Source: Proteromonas lacertae
Taxonomy: Eukaryota
Assembly (NCBI GenBank): GCA_002245135.1
Contig: NGBS01000010.1
Span: 124,001-188,000, forward strand
Direction of reading: 5' to 3'
DNA length: 64,000 bases
Shown here: positions 38,901 through 53,900 of the stretch, one piece after another
Layout: every line of letters starts with the position of its first letter
Numbering within the stretch: the stretch's first letter is position 1
Translations under genes and position numbers: made by a program
Notes under the pieces: generated by a model
Database searches by the model: none
What the model saw: the letters and a program-made list of their open reading frames with translations, nothing else
Told to the model about the DNA's origin: nothing

Positions 38901-41900
38901 TAGAGAAATATATTACAGTTGAAGTATATAATGGAAGTTATCCTGATTTTACAACACCTTTACTCTTACAAGATACAGTGAAAGCAGTTGAAGGCAAATC
39001 ACATTATGTATATTACATAAACACTATTCGTAATGATGCAATGTATGTTATAAAAGTATCAGCATGGAATGGTTATAATAATGAATATGGTAAAGGATGT
39101 TATGCATCTCCAGTATTATCAAAACCACAAAGAAAGCCAGATAGACCAAGTTCAATATCATTAGAACCACTATCATTGACAAGCATTAATGTGTCATGGA
39201 CAAGACCTTATAGTGATGGTGATTATCCAATACAATCATATGTATTAGAATATGATGGACATGAGAGTGTACCTGAAGTTCAGGATATTATATTTACTAA
39301 TGTAGATAGTGGATATTTCAAAATTAGTTTTAAAAACGTTTCAACTGAGAAGATATTCTATCCACCAAATGTTGAATTATTTACTGAATTATTAAAGAAT
39401 ATGTCAACTATCAGTAATGTTAATGTAACAAGAAGAGTATCTGAAACTAATAGAAACGAATTAATTTATTCAATTACATTTGTTAATCATGTTGGTCCTC
39501 AGCCATTGTTTGTAATTGATTCATTTGGTTTAAAAGGATATCATAAGGATGTAAAAGTTGTTGAAGTTCAGAAAGGAACATATCCATTATTTGATCAAGG
39601 AACAATTGATACAACAATTTTACCATTGAAAACAGTTGTTTTAACATTAGGAAATGAAGTTCAAGAAATATTTATAAGTGCAGATACTGAAGATATTCAT
39701 GGTGAGTTTACAGTTAGATTTATGAATGAAATATCAGTACCAATTAGCTATGATGATAGTGATGATATTGTTAAAGCGAAATTAGAGTCATTATCAACAA
39801 TTAGCGTAGTTAATGTTACAACAAAAGAATATTCACAAAGCACAATTCCACCATTAACAAGATATGGGAAATCATTTATTATAAAATTCGTTGATCAAAA
39901 GGGTGATATTCCATCAATATTAGTAGAAACAAATACTAATTTTATACACAATATTACAGCTAGAGGTTATACACTGAGAGGAACAGCTCCAGTGGTTGAA
40001 GTGAGAGAAATAGAAAGTGGAGGTATTCCAACAAGTTATATAATGAATGATCTTGATCCTAAATCAGTGTATTATGCAAGAGTATCAGCAACCAATTTAG
40101 CAGGTCAAAGTGAGAAATTATTAGTGAATTATAGTGAAACTGCTAGAAGAATGCCACCATCTCCACCAAGAGATGTTTATATATATTCTTTCAATTCTTC
40201 ATCAATCTCTGTATTTTGGAAAACACCATCTTCATTTGATTATGAAAGAATTACAGCTTATGGTATAGAATATTCATCCGAAGATGCAAATTATAATTTC
40301 ATATTTTATAATGGTTCAGAATTTGATATTAATTCTACTACACAGCATTATACAATTCAGAATTTAAATACTTCATTAAGATATTATATTAGAGTTATTG
40401 CTTATAATGTAATTGGTTATAGCATTCCAGTGAAAGCAGTTCCTTATTGGAATTCATTAGGATCTTTGTACAAAGTTAAACCATCAGCTACATTGAAATT
40501 GAATGATAAAGAAATTGAAGTAAAAGAATATACATCTGCTTTATCTCTACAAACAGTAATTCAAAATGAATTTGAAATACAAAATGTGGATGTACAAATC
40601 ATTTATACAGAAGATAAAGAAATTGATTATTATTTGATATTCTTTTTCAAGAAAGTAGAGTTAAATAAGAATAGAAATAATGATGTTGAAGAAATAGTAA
40701 ATGGATATGAAGATGATAAATCAATAACATTACAACCAAATAATAACTTACCATCTGGTCCAAATAAACCAATTGTAACACCAGTATCAAAGAAAGCTGT
40801 TGGTTTGACATGGTATAAACCATTATATGAAGGTGGTTCAGATATAACAAAATATTATTTACAATATTCAAATGAAAGAATCTTTAATGATAATGATACA
40901 ACAACAATTATAATAGAAGCTAATGAAGATACGAAATATTTACATAAATTTGATAATCTTAATGAAAAGGATTATTATTTTAGGTTAAGAAGTAGTAATG
41001 ATTTAGGATATAGTTCAGCTGTTGTAGCAGAAGGATCTCCAATTATTCCAACCCTTCCAACTCCATATTATTTATCAGTTACCAACATCACTTTAATACC
41101 AACAACATCGAAACAAATGTTATTAGTCTTTTCATCACCGAAGTTCAATAAAGAAGGATTTAAAGTAACTGGTGAAGAATTAGAAATTAGTGATTATGAA
41201 ATAGAATGGTCATTAAATGCAGATTTCAATGAATCATTTGTTTATAAATACATACTAAGAGATGAAGATGAATATTGTGATGAGGAATGTATGTTTAATA
41301 TAGGAGCTGAAGTAGTAACAATAACAATGAAATGTAGTGATAATGATAATGCTATTAATTATCATTTTGCTGATGATAAAGACAAGAATATCTTTAATTG
41401 TACTTCCAATGAAGATGATATAGAAAGTATTATTAATAAAGTGTTAATGAATGTAGAAGTACTACCAGATGATTATATTGTTAAAGTATTTGATAATAGT
41501 GATAAATCAAAAAGAGAAATACAAATAATAGGAGGAACAAATTCTACATCATATTCAACTAAACAGTTAATTGATTATCTCAACATAAAATCAACAATAA
41601 CTGAAACAGCAGCTGAATCAAATGAAGAATTAGTAAAATCAGTTATTCCATTTAACAGTCTAATTCCAGGATATAACTATTACATAAGAATCAGAGCAAT
41701 TAATCCAAGTGGAAATGGAACATGGACTGAATCAACTCCATATCCAATCAAAGCATATGGACCAACAGAAAGACCACAGAAAGTAAAAGCATATCCAGTA
41801 AGAAATAACAAATATGCATTAAATATTCAATGGAGAAAATTACCAGAGGAAGAAACTAATGGCAGTCCAATTTTATATTATAATATAAAAGCATGTTTAG

Positions 41901-44900
41901 TAGGAGATGAAAATAACTGTACATTTACACAAGCTTGTGTTTTCCACCATGGTGAAGTAGATAATACAACTTGTGTTATTGGAACTAAAAAGCCAGTATT
42001 AATCACAAGAATAATAGAAGGTTTAATACCTGGTAGAGAATATACTGTTCAAGTAGCTGCTGTAAATGAAGCTGAAGTATATTATTATTCAAAGAATGCA
42101 GAACCATTATGTGAAAATGATTTACCATATTGTAAAGCATTGATGATTCCAAGACAATTACCAGATACTGTAAAGAATTTAACAATAAGTAATATTCATA
42201 ATTCATTCTTATTTACATATAATTCATTGACAGTTGCTTGGAAATATCCTGATTTATATGAAAGTGGAGTAATACCAACCACATTCTTAATAGAATGGAG
42301 ATCTAAAATCATATCATATAATAGTTACAAATATGAAGTAAATGAAACAAATGTTGAATCATTATTAGAATTATCAAATGGATATTTCTGTTACAATATA
42401 ACTAATCTATATCAAGGTTATAATATCAATATATCAGTAACTGTATTGAATAATTTAGGATATGGAAATTTGACTTTTGAACTTGGAACAGCATTGAAAT
42501 CTCCATCATTAATTGAAGGAATTAAGTTAACAGAAATACCAAATTCAGAGAGTAAAAAAGATGCCAGTAATAGTCTTGATTTAATCATTCCATTACCTAT
42601 TGACAATGGAGGATCTCCTGTTACACAATTCTTTATTGAATATGCAACAGAGTCGTTTAATGATACTGAGACAATGTTTGAAATTGATATATCTGAATGT
42701 AAATCAGGAAGTAGTTATAGATTAATGGTTAATAATGAATATGAAACTGCTTATTTATATGCTGGTAATAATAATATTGATGATTTAGATAAAGTAAGAA
42801 TTGCACTTGAGAATATATTAAATATAAGTACAGTAGAAATATATAATGATGATTATAATGATGATGATGATGATGATAATACATATACTAATAGTAATGA
42901 TGTTTATAATGTTTTTAATTTAACAATAGTAGCTCCAATTAGTGAATATACATTGAATTATACTTCAGATAGCAGTTGTAAACCAAAAATTACACTCCTT
43001 ACATCAAATATAATAAATATACCAGAAAATTACATTTCAAAATATGTAGACGTAGACTCTGAAGCTTCATTACCACCTTATACAATTAGATTTACAAATT
43101 TGACAGTTAATACAACTTATTATTTCAGAGTTGCAGCTGTAAATGAGATCGGATTAGGAAAAATATCAATTCCATATCCTGACTCATTAAAACCACCAGT
43201 ACAACCTCCAGATCCACCAATATCACCATATGGTTGTGTTGAAAGATTACCAATCTTAACAGTAATAAATGAAACATGTTTATTGGTTGAGTATGAAGAG
43301 CCAATCTATAATGGTGGTGCTGAAATAATTAGTTATATAATACAATGGTCACAATATAAACAATTCACTTATATAGAGAATACAGCCAATACAACAGAGA
43401 AATATTATTATATTAATGATTTAATACCTGGTAATGAATATTATGTAAGAATTGCAGCTGTAAATGCAAGAGAAGAATTACCAAATAGAAGTCCTTATGC
43501 TAAGACAAATCCATTAAGTGAAATACCTAGAACAATTCCAACAAAACCAATTAATTTAGCCTATGAATCAATAGGAGATAATTCTGTGAATATTACTTGG
43601 GAAAATGATAATAAGAATGGAGGAATTATTGATAAATATATTGTTGAATATTATGAGAAATTATTAGTTGAACCACATCATGGAAGTGGTCAAAAATTCT
43701 TATTTACTTTTAATGAAAGTATATTAAATGATACAGAAAATGAAAATGACAAATTTTATATCTATTATGGTGATAATTACAATGAATTTGAAGGTATAGT
43801 AAATGAAACTTCATTAACAACATTTACAATAACTGAAGATATAATGAGATATATTGATGTAGGAGATATATTATTAATTGATAATGAATATAAAAGAATT
43901 ATTAAATCAATGGCAATAAATGAATATGGAAATATAACAACAGTTGAAGTTACTGAAGATTTTATGAAATATACAATAGATAGTGTATCAATGAAACCAA
44001 AGACATATGCAATATCAACATCAAGTAGTGAAGATGAAATAAAAGATGCTTTACAACAATTACCAGGAATAAGTTCAATTAGTGTGGAAATATTAAGTGA
44101 AACTAGTTTAGTGGTTGAATTTAATAGTGATTATTATTTAGATGAATCATTATTTGAATTTAATTTATATAATACTAGTGCAACAGGTTGTATTGTTACA
44201 GAAATGGAAAAGTCAATAATTCCAACTAATTATTACTTCAATATAACATCTAATAATGATACATTCTTTATAATATCCAATTTGACACTTGGTGAAGAAT
44301 CTTATATTAGAATAATTCCACATAATGATAAAGGATATGGTGAAAGATCAGAACCATTAAGAATAATTCCAGTAGAAACACCAACAACAGTAGTAAATGC
44401 AGAATTAGTGTTATATAATAGAACATCATTGAAGTTGAAGTATGATGAAAATGCTGATAATAGTGGTTCATCCTTAACATCTCATGTAATTGAATGGAGT
44501 TATTCTCCATTGTTTAATGAAATAATAGGAAAAGCTGAAATACCAATAAATGTAAATAATCAGAAAGTACTAAGTGAAAGTGAATTAAATGGATTAAAAG
44601 GTGAATATTATTTGTATTATGGATCTTGTAAAGGAAATTATAATTATGATGAACCATTGTGTTATAGTTGTGCAACATTAGAAAAAGGAAATAACTATAT
44701 TACAGTATTAAATGGTTCACTTGTATTTTACAGTGGTGAATTTATACATGTTTCAGGTAAAGAGTTTAGAATATGTGAAAATATTAATGATAATGATAAT
44801 AATAGCAAAATACCAATTTGTGAATTAAGTGATGCAAGAACACCTCATATTATAACAACAGAAGAATCAATAAGTGATGGTTATATATTGAAAATGGATA

Positions 44901-47900
44901 CTTTAGTAGGATATGTTAAAGAAATGAATATAACAGAGAAAGGATGGAAGTGTATTTAGTTTTAATGATGATGGATATGAGTTAGATAATGGAGATTATA
45001 TTTGTGTAGGTAATTCATTAAATGATGCTCAATTCAGAGTTAAAAAGATGAATAATAATGAATATGAATTGGAAGATATTAAACATTATCAACCAATATT
45101 ATTTGAATTAGAAGATTTAGATAAATATAACCATAGAATACCAATTTATAGACCTCAAAGAACATCAGCAATTGATATAAATGAAGAAGCTGATTCATTG
45201 AAAAAGAAATTAGAGAAATTATATCAAATCGGAAGAGTAGATGTTGAGAAAGAGAAACAAGGATATGGCTATTTATATACAATGAAAATAACACAATATA
45301 ATAACTTAACAAAATTACTAGTAAATGATTTGAATATAATTGGATTTAATAATGCAAAATCATCCGTTACAACTTATACATATAACGAATATATTATTTC
45401 GCCATTAGATGATAAGAAGTTTGTATATGTTCGAATTGCAGCTTGCAATATAGTTGGATGTGGTAATTATTACCAAATACCCATACCATTACAGCCAAAG
45501 AATACTGTACCAAGTGAAGTAACTCAAACTAATATAAGATATATAACTGATCATAATGTATTATGTGAATGGAATAAAGCTAAAGAGAATGGCGGTTTGA
45601 ATATTGACAGTTATACAGTTGAAATAGAAACTGGTACATCATTTGGTAGTAATTCTAATAAAGAAATTATTGAAGTGAATGATACAAAACCAACTAAACA
45701 TATTGAAAGAATTACATTGTCTTATAATAACCATACAAAATGGAATACATTTTTAATTGGTTTTTATGGTCAATACACCAATCCATTACCTTATGATATA
45801 TTATCTGAAGATATGGAAGTAGAATTGAATAGATTATGTACAATTCAAAAAGTGAGTGTTTATAGAACAATATTGAAGAATGGTTTTAGTTGGACAATTA
45901 CCTTTGATGAAATGGAATATGGTGGTGATTTATCCAATCAATTAACAGTAAAATCATTAGGGTTAGGAGAAGAATCACAAGATCAAATAATTGTTGAGAA
46001 TATTCCAGTCAAAAGAGGAAATTTACCATATTATATAATAGTAGAAAAACAATATGCAATTAAATCACCTCAATCTTGTAGAGTATATACACACAATTCA
46101 TTAGGTAATAGTAAAGAATCAATTAGAACAGTAAATCAATTGAATGATGATTATTCAACAATATATCCATTAGCTCCATTAGATATTAAAGTGGAGAATT
46201 CAGGTAGTACATCATTAACAGTGGAATGGCTAAGACCTTTCTATTATAATACTTATAAATATAATATGATGAATATGAGTTATACAATTGAATGGGATAT
46301 TATAAATACATTTAATAGTGAATGTAAAGAGAGTAATGATACTGAATGTTATCCAGATGATTTACAGCCAAAAGGTAGAAGTAAATTAGTTCCATATACT
46401 CATTCAACAAATCCAAAAGCAAAGAATAGTTATATAATTAATGATTTAATACCTGGTGTGTCTTATTTCGTTCAAATATATGTGTATAATGGTAAATATA
46501 GAGGAGAATCTGTTATATCAACCATGAAAGTATATCCATCAGGAAAACCGAATTTGCCATACAATATTAACTATTATAATTACAAAGTGAATGAGTTCTT
46601 ATTAGAATATGATGTTCCAGACAGTTTAACACCTTATGGAAATAATGGAGATGCAATAGAAACATTTACAATTGATATTGGAAGAAGATATATATCAAAA
46701 TATGAATTGAAATATGTTCATATTCCATTAGACACAACAGAGAAGTATAAATTGAAATATAATAACTATGAAACTAATGATATTGATATATATTGTGAAG
46801 CTGAAATTATAAAGAAAGAATTAGAGTTATTACCTGATATAGATATTGTTACAGTAGAAAGAATAGATGATGAAACTTATTCTATATTATTGAATGGTAA
46901 TAAGATGAATATACCAAAGGAATTAAGTGTAAATGTTGATGTTATGATATTAACAAAGTTACAAGATGGATATCCAGAGATTGTACCTCCAATAATGAGA
47001 ATTGAATCAAAGTCGATGAATAATAAAGAAGTTAGTAACAGTAATGGTTTTTTAATTGGTTTGAATCATATAGGAAATTATAAGTTCTATTCAGATATTA
47101 AAGTTGTTAAACCAAATGTTATTCAATTATATGATGATAATGATGAAAATGGAGAGTTATATATTGGTGAAAGAGTAATGATAAATAATACTGAAGAACA
47201 TATAGTAATTAATAAGATAAATGGAGAATATGTTTTAGATAGTCCAATATTAATGAAGAGTGATGAAAATAACGATTTAACTCTCTATACATTAGCAACT
47301 GTGTTAGGTGAAGGAAAATGTGAGTTTATTAATAATACATATTACTTAGTAACAGGAATTAACAATTTGACTGAATTGATTGTGTATAATGAAGATGAAA
47401 TAATAAGAGTTGAGAATAAAACTGGTTATGGTTACATAGTCAACAAATGTTCAAAATTAAATGAAAATAGAGTAATTAATTCAATACAAACAACTACAAT
47501 ATCCTGTAGATCAGAATCAGATGAAATATATAAGAAGTTAATGAAAGATTTACCAAGTTTAGGAGTAATAGAAGTAACAAATACAGGACCATCTTTATAT
47601 TATGAATATATATGGTATATAACATTTAAATCATATGTTGGAGAAATTAAAGACTTTTATTTTGAATATATTCCAACAGATAGTAATGTTGAAGTAACTT
47701 ATAGTTTTGTTTCAAAAGGTGAACCAAATGATAATTCATTATTACACTATGAACATACACAAGAACAAGAGAGAAATAGACAAGAGAGTCAAGAAATATT
47801 GATTTATGAAAATGATTTAGATGAATTCCCAAGTGGTTTAATTCAATCATTAGATTGTGAATTTTCATTAGATGTTAAATCAACTTCTGATGATTTGGTT

Positions 47901-50900
47901 TATTATTTAGAGAATGTATGTCAATTGGGTAGAATTAATGTAGTGAAACAAGATATTTATAATGAATATCCAGTAATGATTGGTTATAGATGGATTATTA
48001 ACTTTGAAACCTATCCAGGTGATTTACCATTGTTAAGATTTATGGAATTAGAAAGTTTCAAAGGTTATTTTGAAGTGAATGAAATAGAAAATGGATATTT
48101 AGCAAAGAACAAAACAATAATAAATTATGAAAATATAGAAGTTGGAAATAACTATTTCGTGAAAATATCTGCAAATAATTCATTGGGTAGAAGTGTTGAA
48201 ACTACAATGAATAAACAGAATATAGGTGAAGGTGTAAATCCAGTAGAATTAAAAGCACATTATCGACCAGAATCACCTGTAATTGATAATTATTATACAT
48301 TAAGTCCAAGTGAAATAGAAATATCCTATCATCCAAATGGAGATAGAGGAAGTGGTATAAGTGAATATAAAATAGAATGGTTTGAAGAGAATTATAAATT
48401 GTCAGTTATTTCTTATACAATTGAATCTAATAAAAATGATAATTTAGTATTTGGTAAATATCAAATACAATATAAAACAGCTCATACATGGTATTTAGAG
48501 TATAATTCAACAGCTGAAGAAGTAGAAAATGCATTAAATATGTTAACTACAATCCAATCAACTGTAAGTGTAAAGAGAGAAGATATAAAGGGATTATTAG
48601 GTTATAAATATACAATTACATTTGATTTGGATGTAATAGATGAAAGAAATATCAAAGAATTTAAAGTATTAGATTCAAGATTATACAATCATAAAGTAGT
48701 AGTATTTGGTATTGAACAGAATAGTAGTTACAAGTATTATGATTTACAGAAACTAACAATGGATAGTAATCAATGTGGAGGATTAATTGATAATCAAATA
48801 GAAAGTGGTGTTTGTGTTTTAGGAACTCCAGATATACAATCAATTGTATTAGAATATTACAAAGATGATTCTATTCCAACATTAAGTGGATATTTCACAT
48901 TGTTTTATAATAATACTGAATCATCACCAATTAAACCTGATATATCATCATATGAATTAACTCAGTTATTATTTAATGATTTTAATTTCAAAGTGAAAGT
49001 ACAAAAATCAGAAGAAAAAGAATATAAGAATGGAAAAGAAAATGATTTCTATTATAGAAAATTGATGGTTAGAGTATGGTATATTGAAGTATTAGAACCA
49101 ACAGGAACAATTGATTTATTAGTACCAAAATATAACCATTTAAGAGGACAATCAGCAACAGTGACAATAATGAGAAGTGTATATTCATCAATGTCAGATT
49201 TAAAGAGTGAATTAAATTGTCAATTCAGATTAGAATTTGGTGTATATCAAACAGAATTAATATCGTATGATGTATCTAATGATTTGTCAAAATTGAATAA
49301 AAATATTGAGAATAGAGTGAATGAATTAGAGATTGTAGATACAACATATGTTTCAGTATATCAACCAAAGATGGAATTACCAGGAAGATCTTTTATTACA
49401 TCAATAAATCCATCAATTATAGTATCACATACGTTAGAATGGGAAATACAAGAAGGTGAAAATATCACATTTTATGATGATGTATATACAGTTGTTGAAT
49501 GTAATGTAACAACTGTTACTATTGAAAAGATAAAGGATAATGATAGTGATGATGATGAGGAGATAATACCACAATATATACTTAATTGGTTTAAGAATAA
49601 AGAAGAGTTTAAAGTGAATAAACTAATCAAAGGATTTTCATTTTATATAATAGCTAAAGGTAATAATTTGAATATAAATTCATATAATTTTAAATTGTAC
49701 AATTATGGAGGTAGAAGTATGACGTTGAATAATAGATTAAGTTATGGTACAAAACCATATACATTTAGAATTGGATCTCCATTATTTAAATATGATGTAA
49801 CATTTGATCCTGCAATTAAGGACTTGAAAGAAACTAAATTAAAGTCAATAATGATTGGAACTAATATGAAATCTCAAGTATGTATAAATATTGGTGAAGA
49901 TAAATTGATAGATGAAAAGGATAATTATGTTAGTTTTGAATGGAATAAAGTGTATGATGAATATATTTTGAATATTAACTTTTATAAATATTATGAAACA
50001 GTAGTGAAATATGTAGTTGTTACAGGTAATTATACAAAAATCAATTGTCTTAATGTTGAAGAAGAAGAAGAAAGTGAAGGATTAGTTGAAAATGATGAAT
50101 ATGAAAATGATGAACTTGATGATATTGAAATAACAATCAAAGAGAATCTAAATAATAGAAACATGAATGAATTTAATCACTATTTCTTATCTCATTCCTA
50201 TTCATTTTTATTCAATAAGAATAATTATGTATTACGTTTATCAGCAAAGAATGATTATGGATATAGTAAACCATATTATATGAAATTAGAAAAACCAAAT
50301 CTTAATACATTACCATCAAAACCAACATCATTAACAATCAAACAACAATATAATTCATCATCTGTAGAAGTATATTATCAACCACAATTATACGATGGAG
50401 GTGAAAGAATATCTAAATATCGAGTGGAATATGATATATCTCCATATTTCAATACTTCTGAAAGAAAACAGAAAGACATTTACAGTATTCCTGAAATACA
50501 AAGAATTGTAACTAATTTGAAAGAAACTGATAGTTTTATAGTAAATTGGAATGGAAATAGTGTTAGAATATTAAGAAGTGATAATTTAGAAACAATTAGA
50601 AACAAATTCGATGAATTAATTAGTAAGAATACAATTCAAAATGATATAACAATATATGTTGATTATGAGACTAATTGTTACTATTCTACTTATACAGTTA
50701 CATTCAATAAGATATGTGGAAGTGTAGGAGTTATGGAAGCTGAAATATCACCAATAACAAATGATGGTAATAGAAATAGTTATATTTATGTTTATAGATT
50801 ACAGAAAGGAGAATGTAATATTGTACCTAATGATTATACATATGAAAAACAAATGTTGAGGTTTAACAGTCACAATAGCTGTAAATATAAATTATTATTT

Positions 50901-53900
50901 GAAGGTGTATTAACTGAAACTATAAAATATACTTATTCTAATCCAAGAGATAATAAAGAGAATATAGAAAAAGCCTTAAAAGGATTAATTACATTATATA
51001 AGTTTGATGTTAAATATGAATCAATGGGATTATATTCAATCAATCTACGTCATTTAAATCATGAAATAAATGAAGGATATGGTGAAAATGTATATATTAT
51101 TCCATTTATAGAAGATGGAGGATGTGATATAACAACTTATAAACAAATACAAGGATCTTTACCAAAGACAATAATTATTAGTGATTTAACTCCATATATT
51201 ACATATTATTATCGTGTTCAAGCATTTACAAGAAGAGGATGGAGTGAATTCTCAGAAGTACAAAGTTATACAACATATGATAAACCATCCACACCAAAAT
51301 CAATAAATGTTACAGTTACAGAAACATCATTATTAGTAGAATATGAACAAAGTGAAGATAATGGAAATTCTGAAATTACTCATTATGAATTTGTTATTTA
51401 TGAATCTGGTATATATGAAGTACAAAGAGTATCAATTGGAAGTGGTGATTTAAAGGTTGATGAAAAGAGTATTTATACTGAGAAACAACGAGTATTATTC
51501 TATTATGATGATAAAGAAGATGATTTATTAAGTGGATCGTTTATGATTGCCTATAAGAATGAAATAACTCATCCAATATATTACACAAAAGATAAGGATG
51601 AATTAGCAAAAAGAATAGAATATTCAATTAATCTATTATATATTTTAAGTGGTTCAATAGTAAAATGTTATAATGATTATGATGAATTAAAGTATGTTGA
51701 ATGTGATATTGATTTCCACTCCAATTTTGGTTATGATGAATATATAAATGTAACAACTTCTCATGATTTTAAAGGACATATTGGTGTTTCAAGTATTAGA
51801 AAATCAATACCAACAATTGGAGGATATTTCTCCTTATGTTATTTACCAAATAATGATATAACTGAATGTACTTATAATTTACCATATGATGTAGAAGCTG
51901 ATGAAATGAAAATAGCATTAGAATCATTGAAATCATTGAATGAAGTGAAGATTAATAGGTTTAGAAGTGGACATGGATTTGATTGGTATATTACGTTTAA
52001 TGGTAATTGTGAAGAAACACCATTATTGTTATTAAATACAGTTCATTTAGCTGGTGTATCAACGAATGGAAAAGTAACAAGAATTCAGCAAGCTAAGTTT
52101 GTTGGATTGAATAAAACAAATTTAGAACCATCCAATAATAGATTTGAAATTATTAATGTAGATGATGATGTGAATTATAAAATAATGATTAGAGCCGTTA
52201 CAGAGAAAGGATTTAGTTATTTCAGAAAGAACTTCAATGATAATAATGTTATTGCTGGATTAATACCAACAAAAGTAACAAATCTAACAACAATTGTAAT
52301 GTCATCTAGAATGTTGAAAGTAGTGTTTAATTCACCATTAAAATCATTTGGATCTGATGTAAATGCTTTTATTATAGAATGGGATTATGAATATGATTTT
52401 AGAAACGTTGAGAACAACAGTTGGAGTTTCACATTAACTAACTTAACCAATTTCAAGAATTATGATAAGTATTGGTATAATATCTATTTACCTGATTCAA
52501 AGACATATTATATTCGTGTAGCTGCAGTTAATAGTTTTGGTATAAGTGAATGGGATAAAGTATATGATACTCCAATGAACAGAGCACCAGCAAAACCAAA
52601 GGATATTATATTGACAGTTGCATCTCCAACTCAGTCATATGTTACATGGATGAATTCTACAATAGATTCAGATGTATTTGGTGGAGATGGTGGTAGGCCA
52701 ATATTGTATTATAAAATAGAATATAGTAATGAAACATCATTTAAGAATGCAATATTATTGAATGTATGGGATGATAGTAATAAATATATAATTGGTAATA
52801 GAAGTATAGAAGATGGAAGTAGTTCAGAATTCCCAAAGAATGTATATGTTAGAATATCTGCAGTAAATGATATTGGTATTGGTGATGCTGGTAATGGTAA
52901 ATGGGAAGATATCGATTTAAGTGTTAGACCTCCATCTACAATACAAAATATAACAATAAGTCCAAAGAAAGAGAATTCATTCTTTATTGAGTGGGAAAGT
53001 CCATTTACTGATGGTGGATCTCCAATAGTTGGAGTTTTGATTAAGTATAGTCCAAATAAGACATTCCCATATCAACAAACATATGAAGTTCATTTGCCAG
53101 TTACATCTCCTGAAAGAATTGATCTTGTAATAAAGAAAAAGAAAGATCAAAAATCATCATTTACAATAAAACCAACAAATTTAGAAGAATTGTTAAATGC
53201 TAGAGAAAGTAGAACTAGAAGAAGTAGAAGATTATATAGAATAAAAGAAGATCAATCTGATGATGATGATGAAATATTAGTAAAAAGACAAAATAGAGAT
53301 AAAAAATACACAGAAGATGATGTTTATACAAAAGATGAATTTATAACAGAAGATTTCTATACAAATGATGATAATTATACTGAAGATGATAATACAACTG
53401 ATGAAGATGAATTTACAGATGAAACAACTGAAGAAGAGACATATTCAACCATTGATGAAGCAACAACAACTGAACCACCCATCCTTCCAGATTATCCTGA
53501 TGAGATTGAAATAACAGTTGGTGATAATGATTCATATATATTAAATATAACAGAAATAGAGGATGAAGAAGGAAGAGAGAGAATAAGAAAGAATTTAGAA
53601 GATTATTTGAAAGAAATATTTGAAGGAGATGGAATGTTGGTAGAAGTAAGAATAGAAGTTGTGTATTTAAATGATATGAATGTATTGCCTGTAGTAACAA
53701 ACACTTATATATTAGGATATAAGTTTATCATCCGATTCTATCATTTTAAGAATGGTTATCCAGATGGAACTTGTTATTTTTATCCAACTATAAAAATTAC
53801 AGGAATGGAAGTAGAAATTGAATCTTATTGTACAAGATCTTTGAATTCATTATACATGTCATTATATTATGGTGAAAATGGTGATAATATCAATACTAGA

